A DNA stretch of 64,000 bases from assembly GCA_000388065.2 (NCBI GenBank), contig KB932201.1. One strand, 5' to 3'. The DNA is from Fonticula alba ATCC 38817. Taxonomy: Eukaryota; Protista; Nucleariida. A program made the translations under genes and the position numbers. The notes below the pieces were generated by a model. That model was not told the DNA's origin. It did not search any database and was given only the letters and a program-made list of their open reading frames with translations. Below, piece by piece: positions 1 to 11,538 of this stretch. The first letter of the stretch is position 1. Each line of letters opens with the position of its first letter.

Positions 1-1084
1 CATGCGCGGCCGCGAACAGGCGAGGCCCCCCCCCCCCCCCCCCGGCACCCGCCAAAGGCAGCACCCGGCCCATACCAAAAAAAGGCCTGCCGCCACGGAG
101 GCTGCTTCCGGAGGGCGGCCGGGGGACACGCCGGCGGGTGGAGAGTTCTCGCGGCTTCCGGCCGGGCGCCATTCACCTGCCACTCACCGTGGGAGTATAT
201 TTCCCCGGACTTGGGGTGTTGAGCACCGAGACCATTGCCGGTCAGGCCGGAGGGTCGGATCGCGACCACACCAAGCAGGAGTGACCGTGCAGAATACATC
301 GGGCTGTGTGCATGTGTGTGCATGTGGGGCGGAAGGCGGAGGCATGGAGGCGCGGCCGAGTGGGGTTTCCCTTGCTTTCCCCGGTGCAAGTCCCCCCCCC
401 CCTGCCCTGGGAATGAGTAATCCCCAGCAGGTGCCTCTCCCTCCGAGGGTCGCGCTATTCTTGGTCGACCAGGTGTGCCTGTGCGGTGGCCGGTCGGCCG
501 GGCTGCTGGCCCGCGGGTTCCGCGCCTCGCTTGGGTTGCGTGTCCCCGGAGGTGGGAGTGCACTCTTTAGGGGGCTTTATTCCGGCCCTGGTCCTCGGCC
601 CGAGGCCAGGGGCGTGGCACCGACTTGCATCCTGGTCCGCGGGGCCGGGCGGCCGGGCAGCCAGGGTGGGGAAGTGGGGAGCTGGGGGGCGGGGGGGGGA
701 CTGCCCGGTTCCCACCCGGCTCCCCAAAAACACTCACGGTCGTGGAGACCGAGAGAGAGAGAGAGAGGGAGAGAGAGAGGGGGAGATAGCACAACGAGCA
801 CCATGGAGTCGCCCGGTCTGGAAACACGGGCGTGCGCGCGCATGCCCCTCGACGAGTGCGGTGCGCAGGATGTGCGTGTGTGTTTTTATTTCGCCAAAGC
901 GGAAAGGGGCGCGACTCCAGACGTAGAGACTAGGCTGCGATCGATCGGGCTGGCACGCGCGCGCGCGCACACGCGCANNNNNNNNNNNNNNNNNNNNNNN
1001 NNNNNNNNNNNNNNNNNNNNNNNNNNNNNNNNNNNCCCCCCCGCCTGCCCGCTCCTTCCTTTCCTCCCCTTCTCTCCCCCAACC

Positions 1085-2710
1085 ATGCCCCTTCATTACA
1101 CTCTGGGCGCCACCCAGACCCAGTTCTCCCTCGACACGGACTCCTTCCGCGTGGATCACCTCGGCCAGCGGACGGTCCCCTCGCCGTTGGACCGCGGCGT
1201 GGCTCGAGTGCGCGACCTGGCCGACGGTGTGCTGCTGGATGCCACGGTCCTGCTGACCTCGGCCTCCGGGGCGGATTGCACCAACAGCGGCACCGGCCAT
1301 TCGGTGGCCCAAACCAGCGGCTCCTCGACCGGCTACAGCCCGGAGCTGGCGGCCTCGCGCGAGGACCACGCCGTCCCCTGCTTCCTGGAGAAGGCCGGCC
1401 CGCGGGATCAGCTTTTCTTCGACCCAGCCAAGTCCACCGCGGCCATTGTCACCTGCGGTGGCCTGTGCCCGGGGTTGAACAATGTCATCCGTGCGATTGC
1501 CCTCTGCTGCTACTACCGGTATGGGGTTCGCCGGGTGATCGGCATCCCGTATGGCTATGATGGCATGTCCTTGGCTCGGCCGGAGTCTTGTCTCCGGCCG
1601 GATGGCACCCTCGGCGGGGTGGTGGAATTGACCCCGGCCGCGGTGAAGGACATCCACAAGTTGGGCGGGTCGATCCTCGGGTCGTCGCGCGGCCGGCAGA
1701 GCATCACCGACATGGTGGACTTCCTGCAGGCGCACAATGTGCAGATGCTCTTCACCATCGGTGGTGATGGCACGCAAAAGGGCGCGGCTGCCATCCATGA
1801 GGAGGCCCGTGCTCGGGGGTATCCCCTGTCGGTGGTGGGCGTGCCCAAGACCATCGACAATGACCTGCTCTATGTGGAGCGTTCCTTCGGCTTCGACACG
1901 GCCGTGGAGCTGGCCCAGAGTGCGCTGAATGCGGCTCACGAGGAGGCCCGCGGCTATCGCAATGGCATTGGCCTTGTCCGGCTCATGGGTCGCGATTCGG
2001 GCTTCATTGCCCTGCACGCGGCCTTGGCCTCGGCCGATGTCAATGTCCTGCTGCTGCCGGAGGTCACCTTCAAGATGGAGTGGCTGCTGGATTACCTGGA
2101 GTCGCGTCTGCGCGGGCGCCCGGGCCAGGATACCGCCGGCTGTGCGATCGAGCGCCCGAACAAGGCCTGGCCCTTTGGCGATACGCCGGCCGATCTGGAC
2201 CTGGTTCCGGATGCGCCGGCCGGTGCCTCGGCTGCCCTGTCCAGCCAGGCCAACTGCAGCCTGCCGCACCAGCATCCGATCCCGATGCAGCCGCATTGCC
2301 TGATTGTCGTGTCCGAGGGGGCCGGGCAAAACCTCATGTCCGGCGAGCGTGAGCGCGATCCCAGTGGCAATGTTCGCCATTTGGACATTGGCCTCTTCCT
2401 GAAGGAGGAAATTGCCAAGGGGCTCGACGCGCGCGGCATCAAGACATCCATCAAGTACATTGACCCGTCGTACATGATTCGCGCGGCCCCGGCCAACCCG
2501 AATGATGCGCTCTTCTGCACCCTGCTGGCGCACAATGCCGTGCATGCTGCCCTGGCTGGCAAGACCAACCTCCTGATCGGCAAGGTGAACGGCGAGTTCG
2601 TCCATGTGCCCATCCACAAGGCGGTCGAGCATCGCCGCAAGGTGGACGTCAATGCTCCGCAGTATCAGGCCTATCTGAACAACTCGGGGCAGCCCTTCGA
2701 GCTGAAGTAA
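1085..2710 (+). CDS. PFK: ATP-dependent 6-phosphofructokinase of the PPi-PFK-related clade X (bacterial/spirochaete/trypanosome/plant type); single exon, about 541 aa
   Basis: ATG at 1085 (ACCATG context) in frame to TAA at 2708-2710. Motifs EKAGPR, AAIVTCGGLCPGLN, GGSILGSSRG, IGGDGTQKG, GVPKTIDND, VRLMGRDSGFIA and KYIDPSYMIRA are present. GGDG is the ATP-type signature. No introns are needed. Confidence 0.93.
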   Translation: MPLHYTLGATQTQFSLDTDSFRVDHLGQRTVPSPLDRGVARVRDLADGVLLDATVLLTSASGADCTNSGTGHSVAQTSGSSTGYSPELAASREDHAVPCFLEKAGPRDQLFFDPAKSTAAIVTCGGLCPGLNNVIRAIALCCYYRYGVRRVIGIPYGYDGMSLARPESCLRPDGTLGGVVELTPAAVKDIHKLGGSILGSSRGRQSITDMVDFLQAHNVQMLFTIGGDGTQKGAAAIHEEARARGYPLSVVGVPKTIDNDLLYVERSFGFDTAVELAQSALNAAHEEARGYRNGIGLVRLMGRDSGFIALHAALASADVNVLLLPEVTFKMEWLLDYLESRLRGRPGQDTAGCAIERPNKAWPFGDTPADLDLVPDAPAGASAALSSQANCSLPHQHPIPMQPHCLIVVSEGAGQNLMSGERERDPSGNVRHLDIGLFLKEEIAKGLDARGIKTSIKYIDPSYMIRAAPANPNDALFCTLLAHNAVHAALAGKTNLLIGKVNGEFVHVPIHKAVEHRRKVDVNAPQYQAYLNNSGQPFELK

Positions 2711-2946
2711 GGTGGCCTGTGGCGCCCCTCCCGGCGCGCTCCTCCGGGCATTGGCGTTGTCCATTTTCCTGCCCCTCCCTCGGGCGTTCCTGCGCCGCGG
2801 GGGGTGCATCCGCCCAGCCATGCAGCTCTTCTCCCCGCCATACACTTCCTGAACTTGTGCTGTTCTGCTTCGCCAATCCAATGTGTTTGTCTGCTTTTGC
2901 CCCTTTCAGCGATGTCTATTTTCCGGGCAGGGCCGGGGATGTGCTT

Positions 2947-3465
2947 TTAGGGGGGTGGCAAGGCCGCCAGGAGCCGGATGAAGGCGGACCCCTCCGTCAG
3001 GGGACTTGAAGGGGTGGCGGCATCCGCACGAGCCCAATTGGGCGATTGTCTATCGGCCTGCATCCAACAGAAGTCATTAACACTGAGCAGGGTGGAGCTG
3101 GCGCTGGTGCAGGCAACCGCGCGACGCATGGCCTCCTCCCAGGCATCCTGGCTGGCCAGAGGTGCCAAGTGCCCGAGCCCTGGCAGAGCGGTGATGGTGG
3201 CATCAGCGACAGCATTGGCATCATCAGTTCCGACGGCTGGCGGAGGAGGGCCACATGCAGCCGGGGCCGGGCCGACAATCACCGCAGAACAGTCTTCGAT
3301 GACCGGCCGGCTGTTGGAGAAGGCCGACAGGAAATGCACGCCAGTGGACTTGGACATGCGGATCTGCCGGCATACGCGGCCGGAATCTTGGTGTCAGACG
3401 GGGGGCATGCGAGGGCACATGGACGGTGTGTGTGCGTGTGTGTGCGTGCGTGTGTGTGCGTATGT

Positions 3466-3497
<32 letters not shown>

Positions 3498-3544
3498 NNN
3501 NNNNNNNNNNNNNNNNNNNNNNNNNNNNNNNNNNNNNNNNNNNN

Positions 3545-3604
<60 letters not shown>

Positions 3605-4463
3605 TGTGTGTGTGTGGGTCAAGGAGGCGCACCTGATGGCAGCCCCCAAGTTCGGCCGGCAGGAGGGACAGCAGCAGCACATCGCAGCCATGGTCCACGT
3701 AGATTGTGGTCCCCTGGGGGGGTGGCAGCATCGCGGAGGCAGAATCCTCCTGGGGGGTGGGTGTCATTGCACCGACACCAGGTAGTGGGGCAAGCAGCAC
3801 GCGGCAGCGCCGCAGCCCAGCAAGCGACAGGAAGGGCAGCGAGGTGACACTGCCGGAGCTCGGCCCGACGAGCAGCACAATGTCGGCCCCTTCGAGGTGT
3901 GAAAGCTGGATCATCCCGCCGGAGGGATAGGCCGCCGGCCCGATGGGGGCCAGTAGTGCCACGGTCGATCCCGGCAGCAAGTATGTTGCAATCCCCTCGG
4001 GGCCGATATCCAGCGTGGCCGGTGCAGGGGGCCCGGCTCCCGCCGACAGGGGGGACGAGTGGACGGGCGTGGCGGCCGGCAGGGTGGCACGCGACGCCGG
4101 GGTACGTCGACGCCGGGGCGGTGCGCCAGCATTCCCAACTGCCTGGGCCTCGGGCAGGGCCAGCGTGGGGGCCAACTGTTCGCGCTGGCCGAGGGCCAGG
4201 TGCCCGGCGGCGAGCTCCAGCATGCGTTCCGATCGGGCAATATCCATCGGCGGGAGGCGGCCAGAGGCATCAGCAGCGGCGCTCTGCCGGAGGATTGCCT
4301 GTACCGCATTCAGGGCAGGCTCCACCAGCTCCGGCCGGGCCGACGGAGCAAGAGGCGGGAGCAGGCGCTCCAGTGCTGCCAGTGCGGTCGACAGCTCCTC
4401 CATCAGCTGAGCCCGGGCGCTGCGAGTGCGCGCCTCTGACCGATGTGTCCAGGAGCCATCCAT
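2947..4463 (-). CDS. TBCC: Tubulin-specific chaperone C (cofactor C); exons 4463-3633 and 3363-2947, about 415 aa
   Basis: The spliced junction reads GGCHQ|IRM (cf. CQQLRIH), followed by SRPVIEDCSAVIVGP (cf. SRPIIEDC..IRFAP) and VNDFCWMQADRQSPNW (cf. VDDFNWL...SPNW). The N-terminal helical segment contains LPPMDIARSERML. The GTGCGC...CAG intron is phase 0. The start codon is less certain. Confidence 0.82.
3428..3616. repeat. (GT)n microsatellite with internal N gap, in the TBCC intron
   Basis: Long GT dinucleotide run flanking Ns at about 3498-3544. Confidence 0.9.
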
Positions 4464-4601
4464 CGGGAGAGCGGGGGATTGTTGCGGGCTTCGTGACCGA
4501 GAAGGAACCGTGCAGGGCGTGTGGTGTGATGAGGTGGCGGAGGCGCGGGCCGAGGATCCCCGAGGGGCGTGGAGGCAAGCAGGCAGTCAGGCAGACAGGC
4601 G

Positions 4602-4664
<63 letters not shown>

Positions 4665-5795
4665 GCAATATGGTGTCCGGCCCAAAGTGCACCCGAGGCA
4701 AGGGGGGAGCAGATCAAGGCAGGCACGGAGTTGGCAGCCGGGCCCCGGAAGACTGCCGACGGACATGCCGCCGGCCGCCGCCGGCCCATCGCACGCAGCG
4801 GTTGGCGGCCGCGCCCAGGTGCTGGGTCCAGCGCGGGAGATTTGTCAATGGCGTGGGCTTTTTGCGCGCGTGCGCACACGGGCATGGGCGGACAGCCGCG
4901 CCTCGGGGCAAGGGTCTGTATCTGCGCGCGCGCGCGGGCACGCGTCCTCGTGTGTGGGCACTCCTCCTCCCCCCCCGCCCCGCCCTTGGGAAGCAGGGGT
5001 GGGGATGCCTTTTTTTTTTCCATCAAGGCCAGGCCGTTTCTGGCCGGTCACAGGCGCAAACAACGCGAGGCCGCCTTCTTTCCCTCCTCCTGGAGCAGAT
5101 GGGATAGGCATAAGGCCGAGGCCTCACTGGCGATGGGGCCGGTCGCACGCGCTCCCTCGCCGGTGGCAGACACCGATGGCTCGTGAGAGCCAAACAAAGG
5201 TCCTGTGTCCCATGTGGCGGCCAAGACTGGCCGGTATGTGTGTGTGTGTGTGTGTGTATATGTATGTGTGTATGGGGGGGGGGGGGGGGGGGGTGTTGCC
5301 TCTCCTACACTTGGACCCCTCAGGTCGGGGCTCTCTTCGGATGGATCCACCCGAGGAGGCGGCCATTTCGGCCACCCCCGACCCCGGCAGCTGACTTGCT
5401 TCGCACGCAACACACCTTGGAGCCCGAGCAGCACAACTGTAAGCCTCCTCTCCCCCCCCTCCCCCCCTCCCCTCTATCTCTGCCTCTCCTTTCGGTCCTC
5501 CTTCTGTACTCTCGCCGCCTCCTTTCCTGGCCAGTGCTCTTTCTCCCTTCTCCTCTTCCCCCACGTGCGTCCATGTTCCCCTGGTCTTGCCGCTTGTCTC
5601 GGCCTTCCTTCTTCCCCCGCTTGTCGCCCCTTCTCTCTCGTACCCCCCTGACTCACTCTCATGCACAGATCCTCCTGTGGCCCCGGCCCTGAGCCACCGC
5701 GCGCGCGCGCGCTCTTTCTCTCTCTCTCTCTCTCTCCCCCCCACCTCTCCCCCTCTTGCTTCCCTCCTCCCTTATCCCATTCAATCGCTTCCACC

Positions 5796-6050
5796 ATGGG
5801 TGTCCCTGGCTTCTTCCGCTGGATCACCAAGAAATACTCCAAGTTAACGACCCCCTGCCATGAGGTCCAGCCGAAGGTCGTCAACGGCGTCACCATCCAG
5901 GTGGACGCCACTCAGCCGAACCCCAATGGCTTCGAGGTGGACAACCTGTACCTGGATATGAACGGCATCATCCACCCATGTACCCATCCGCCGGGTCGCG
6001 TACGTGGCCACATTCGTCTTTGTCACCGGCTGCCCGCCCCCCCCCCCCCC

Positions 6051-6091
<41 letters not shown>

Positions 6092-8098
6092 TTCTCGCTT
6101 GCTCTCGGTTCCGGTCTTTTGTTGTTGCTTGACCCCTTACCCTTGTCGATTGTGTCCCTCTCACTCTGGCCACATGGATTGGCCCCCTGTCTGTGGCATC
6201 CATGCTCCTGACCATCGGCCCCTCCGCAGCCCGCTCCTGAGACCGAGGAGGACATGTTCATCGAGATCATGAACTACATTGACCGGCTGTTTGCCATCGT
6301 CCGCCCTCGGCGTGTCTTGTACATGGCCATCGATGGTGTGGCCCCGCGTGCGAAGATGAACCAGCAGCGCTCGCGGCGCTTCCGCAGCGCCCTGGAGGCA
6401 CGCGAGCTGCGCGCCAGCCAGGAGGCCATTCGCGAGGAGGCCATCAAGCGGGGCGTCCCGCTGCCGAAGCCCTCAGCCCGGAAGATCGACTTCGACTCGA
6501 ACGTCATCACCCCGGGCACCGCCTTCATGAGCAGTCTTTCGGAGTTCCTGCGCTTCTATGTGTCGAAGAAACTGTCGTCCGACCCCGCGTGGAAGGATGT
6601 GCGTCATGGCTGGGGGAGGGGGAAGGGGGGGGGGGGGTACTCTTGTTTTCCCAGCTGCCGGGCCGATGAGCTAACATGCCGCTTCGTCTCGCCGCTGCCT
6701 CTCAGCTCACGGTCTTCCTGTCGGATGCCAATGTCCCGGGTGAGGGTGAGCACAAGATCATTGATTACATCCGTCGCCAGCGGAATCAGCCGGATTATGA
6801 CCCGAACACGCACCACGTTCTGCATGGCCTCGTACGTTCATTGGCCTGGGCGTGGGGGTATCCCTTTTCCTTCTTCTTATCCGTCAGATCCCCCTCGTCC
6901 CCTCTGCCTTCCCCCCTCCCCCCTTTTTCCCTTTCCTCCTACTAACTCCGGTCCTCTGGTCGCTCTTCCGGTTCCCCGCCTCCTTGGTCTTGCCTCGCTG
7001 CCCGGTGTGCCAGGACGCCGATCTCATCATGCTTGCCCTGTCCACGCACGAGTTGCACTTCACCATCCTGCGTGAGGATGTCTTCGGCCAGGCGCAGGCG
7101 GCCCCTCGGTGCTTCTTGTGCCAGGGCGTCGGCCATGAGCCGGAGGAATGCCGTGGTGTTTCGGAGGATGGCCGGCCGCTGGGCATGGCCCCGCCGGCCC
7201 CGCCGCCGGTGAAGTTCCTCTACTTCCATGTGAGCCGCCTGCGTGAGTACCTCTACCATGAGCTCACGGTGCCGGGGCTGCCCTTCGCGGAAAGCCCGGA
7301 GCGCGCGGTCGATGACTGGGTCTTCATGTGCTTCTTCATCGGGAATGACTTCCTGCCGCACCTGCCCTCTCTTGATGTGCGCGAGGGCGCGGTCGATGCG
7401 CTGGTGGAGATCTACAAGCGTCTGCTGCCGCGCTTTGGCGGGTATCTCACCAACAGCGGCCAGGTTGACCTCCAGCGGCTGGAGCTCTTCTGCCAGGAAA
7501 TCGGCCAGCTGGAGGACAAGACCTTCGGTGCGCGCGCGCGCATTCAGCAGGCCAAGGAGCGCTCGCAGCGCGAGCGCCAGGAGCGCCAGCAGGCCGCCGG
7601 TGGTCCGCGCGATATTGCCCCCCTGAATGAGGACCTCGAGGAGGATCGCATCATGTTTGACCAAGAGGGCTGGAAGAACCGGTGCGTCTGATTGTTGTTG
7701 CAGCCGCTGCTGTTGTCTTTTTTTTTTTTTCGTGGCCGATTGGCCAGCCTCTTTACTGATTGATTTGGTGTTTCCATCCCCTTCGCCCTGGTGCTGTGTG
7801 CATCGACGTCGGCCTGTGTGAATATGCATGCATCTTTTGTCTCGCTTGCCCTCCGCTCACAGCTACTATCACCGGAAGTTCCATCTTGGCACGCCATACT
7901 CGCTGGATGAGGAGGCGGTGACCGGGATCGCCAACTCCTACGTGGAGGGGCTGTGCTGGGTGCTGCTCTACTACTACCAGGGTGTTCCGTCCTGGCGCTG
8001 GTATTATCCGCAGCATTATGCGCCCTTTGCTTCGGACATGAAGGTGCGCCATTCTCGCGCCGTGCGCGCGCGTGCGAAGGGGGAGGGGGCCTCTCCCT

Positions 8099-8141
<43 letters not shown>

Positions 8142-10680
8142 CCTTTCGGGTGCTCGTCTGTCCCCCAGCTGCTGGCCATGCCCGACTGACCCTGCTGTTC
8201 TCTTTTCATTTGTGGCGTAAAAAAAAGCACATCTCCTCGATGAACATCGATTTCGGCGAAAGCCAGCCTTTCAAGCCTTTTGAGCAGCTGATCGCCGTCT
8301 TCCCGTCCGATTCGTCGCATGCCCTGCCGAAGCCCTTTGCCGCGTTGATGACCGACGAGAAGTCCCCGATTGCGGATTTCTATCCGACCGATTTTGAGGT
8401 CGATCTCAATGGCAAACGTGTACGTCTCCAGCAGCGCTCGACGCTTTTTCGCTTTTCCCCCCCCCTTCCCCCCCCCCCCCCCCCCTCCCCTGCCACCTGC
8501 CGCCTTTGGTGTTGTCTGTCTGTCTGTCCCTACCCTGTCCTGTTTCTGATCATCCCCGCTCCACGCCCCCCCCCCTCCCCCTCCTCCTCCCCACTCCTCC
8601 TCCCTTTTGGGTGCCCTGCATGGGGCATGATCCCAGTTTGCCTGGCAGGGTGTGGTGCTGCTGCCCTTCATCGAGGAGAATCGCCTGCTGGAGGCCACGC
8701 GGGCTTGCGAGCACCTGCTGACCGAGGAGGAAAAGCGTCGGAATTCCCTGGGCACTGACCGGGTGTTCATCTCGGACAAGCATCCGATCTTCGACTTCTT
8801 TGTCCAGACAGTCGGGGCGTCGTCGTCGTCGTCGTCGTCGCTGGCCCTGCCGGAGCCGACCGCGGCCGATGCCTCGCAGGTGACCGTCGTGTCTACCTCC
8901 GCCGATGAGGTTGATGGTGGCTTGCCTCGAATCACCGTGGAGCTCGAAACCGTTGAGGCCACCTCGGCCGGCATTGCATCCGATGGTGGCACCTCCACCG
9001 AGGCCGCCTCCACCGAGGCCGCCTCCGCCGAGACCGCCTCCACCGAGACCGCCTCCACCGAGGCCGCCTCCACCGAGATCGTCTCGGCCAAGGACGCCTC
9101 CCTAGCCAGCGGGGCCACCGACAGTGGTGACGATGGGCCCGAGTCGCCGGACGCCGCGGACTTGGCCGCCGGCTGGAAGCGCCTCCCTCGGACTTGGACC
9201 ACGCTTGCCGGACTCATCAAGCCCGCTGGTGGGAATGCCACCATGCCGGCTGAGCTGACTTTCCCCCCGGCGCGGGTGTACAAGGACCGTGGCCTGCCCC
9301 ACGGTGCCGAGGATGATAGCATTGACGAGCGTCTGGAGCCATTCATTTCTTCGGCCCTGTCGGCCCTCTTCAAGTGCCCTTCCTTCCCGGAGGGCTTTGT
9401 CTTCCCGGCGCGTGCGCTGTCTGGTGCCAAGCAGCCGAAGAAGGTTCGTCTTCGTGGACTTCCGTCTCCTGTCCTCTCTTTCTTTGGGCATCCCATTTTG
9501 TGTCATCCTTCGTCCCGCCGCCTCATGTTGCCTGTTTGTTTGGCCGGATTGCTAACCGAGCCACATGACCCGATCCTCTCGCCGGCGATAGGTCGTGTCT
9601 GGGGACGATCTCCAGCGCATCCCCCGGTCGCACTACATTGCACTGGGTCCGCGCGGGCGTGACGACCGTCGCGACATGTCCGGCCCCGGGCAGCATCCAT
9701 CCAAGCGCCACCGCGGTGGGGATGGCGGCTTCCATGGCGGCCCGCGTCATCGTGGCGGGGACTTCTCCGCGGATCATGGGGGCTTCCCGCCGAATGGCCC
9801 GCCTCCTCCGCATCATGGCCGGGGCGGTGGCTACCGCGGCGGCAATGACGGATACTATGGCGATGGTGGCTATGGTGGTGGCTACCGCGGTGGCAATGAT
9901 GGCTATCGTGGCGGTGATGGCGGTAACTATCGTAACCATGACGCTGGCGGCTATGCCGGTGGTGGTGGCGGTGGTCATGGCGGCTACGGCGGCCATGACG
10001 GTCGTGGTGGCTATGGTGGCCCTGGTGGTTACGGCGGCCCTGGCGGCCCCGGCGGCTACGGTGGCGGCCCCGGCGGCTACGGTGGCGGCCCCGGTGGTCC
10101 TGGTGGCTACGGCGGCCCTGGTGGCTACGGCGGCCCTGGTGGCTACGGCGGCCCTGGCGGCCCTGGCGGCCCTGGCGGCCCTGGCGGCTACGGCGGTCCT
10201 GGCGCGCCTGGTGGCTATGGCTACGGCGGCCCTGGTGGTTACGGTGGCCCTGGCGGCCACAGCGGTCCGGATCATGGCGGCTATGGCGGTCCTCCCTCGC
10301 GACACAATGGCGGTCGGTATAATGATCAGCCGCCTCAGCGGCATGCTCACCGGCGCCCGGCGCCTCCGCAGCATGGCCACCAGTCGCACCGCTCGCAAGG
10401 CGGGCGCCCTCCCTTCGACAATGACCTCGGCAATCCCGCCCTGAGCATGCAGTACCATGGGTTTGATGCTGGGGCGGGACCGGCTCACGAGTCGGCCAAT
10501 GCCCCCTTCTACATGGGCCCCTCTTCGCATCACGATGGCCCGCCAGCCGACTCGCGGAGAGGTGCTCACTCTGCCCCGGCCCCGGGGCCGTATTATGGTG
10601 GCCCGCCACCCGGCGGCCCGCCTTCCCACCCAAGTGGAGGTCCTCCTCCGCCGGGTAAGCGCTTCTCCTTCAAGCGCTGA
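5796..10680 (+). CDS. XRN2: 5'-3' exoribonuclease 2 (XRN2/Rat1/Dhp1); exons 5796-5999, 6230-6598, 6706-6831, 7014-7681, 7863-8043, 8228-8419, 8637-9443, 9592-10680; about 1211 aa
   Basis: Motifs [78 protein letters not shown] knuckle [35 protein letters not shown] and DLNGKR|[11 protein letters not shown]. All eight exons join in frame through GT-AG introns. Confidence 0.96.
10000..10260 (+). repeat. Coding tandem repeats of 9- and 18-bp units encoding (GGYGGP)n in the XRN2 tail
   Basis: Repeated ggtggctacggcggccct and ggcggccct units. Confidence 0.85.
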
Positions 10681-11538
10681 GAGCGGCCCCTTCCCCCTCT
10701 TCTATCTCGAAGGCGGCCTGCCCTTGCCGGACAATGGGATTTCCCCCACTGCCCTTCTCCCTCTTCTTCCATCTGTTCTCACTCTCCCGAGAGCCCTTTC
10801 TCGCTGTGACACTCTTCCCCCCCCCTGCCTCTTTCTTTCTTTCTCTCTCCCTCCCCCCCCCTCTCTCTCTCTCTCTTTCTCTCGAAATGCGTCGACCCGC
10901 TGGTGAGCGTGGCGTTGGAGGAGCAAGACAGCCAACAAGAGGCAACCTTTTTAAACAAGATTTCGATACCCCTGCGTGTTTGCTTTTTCCTCGATTCACC
11001 TCGCTCCTGCCCCCCGTGCTTTCTCTCCGGCCAGAGGGGGGGGTGTTCAGCCGGCGGCATGAGCCGAGATCGATCAGATGCCAACGTATCATTTCTCCTG
11101 GGCGTCCAATGAGCGCCGGTCGGGCAAAAGCGCAAGGGGACTGGCCAACGCGCGGGCCTTTTGGGGTTGGATAGGGTGCGCCTGTGCGCCTGTGTGCCTG
11201 TGCGTGCTTGTGCGGGGCAAGGGTGTGTGTGTGTGTGTGTGTGTGTGGCTATTTGCGGGTGCCTGTGTGCAGGGAACGGGAAAAGGGGCTGCCGACCGGC
11301 CCCGTTCAACAGGCGTGGCTGTGGCTGAGGCCCAGAGCCTCGGGGCAAAATACACCGCCCAGCCTTCTCTTCCTTCATCGCCTCCCTCTCGCTCTCCCCG
11401 CCCTCCCTTCGGTCTCCGAGGCCGGTCAGCTCTCTTTATCCTCCTCTCCCCCCCCCCCCCCCCCCCCGCGCCGTTTCTCTTTCCCCTGCTTCCCTCTGCT
11501 CCACACCACCCCTATTCTTGAGCGGCTGCAGCCCCAGC

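Noticed and set aside
734-2881. 715-aa antisense ORF over PFK, and similar long antisense or alternate-frame ORFs over XRN2, MAP2K, BCKDHA and the PRAS40-like gene
   Set aside because: These are expected shadows of GC-rich codon usage, which leaves few stop codons in antisense frames. They have no recognisable motifs.
2708-2970. Possible stop-codon readthrough adding a cryptic peroxisomal signal to PFK, as known for some fungal glycolytic enzymes
   Set aside because: The stop context is TAA-G rather than TGA-CTA, and the in-frame extension ends in MCF, which is not a PTS1.
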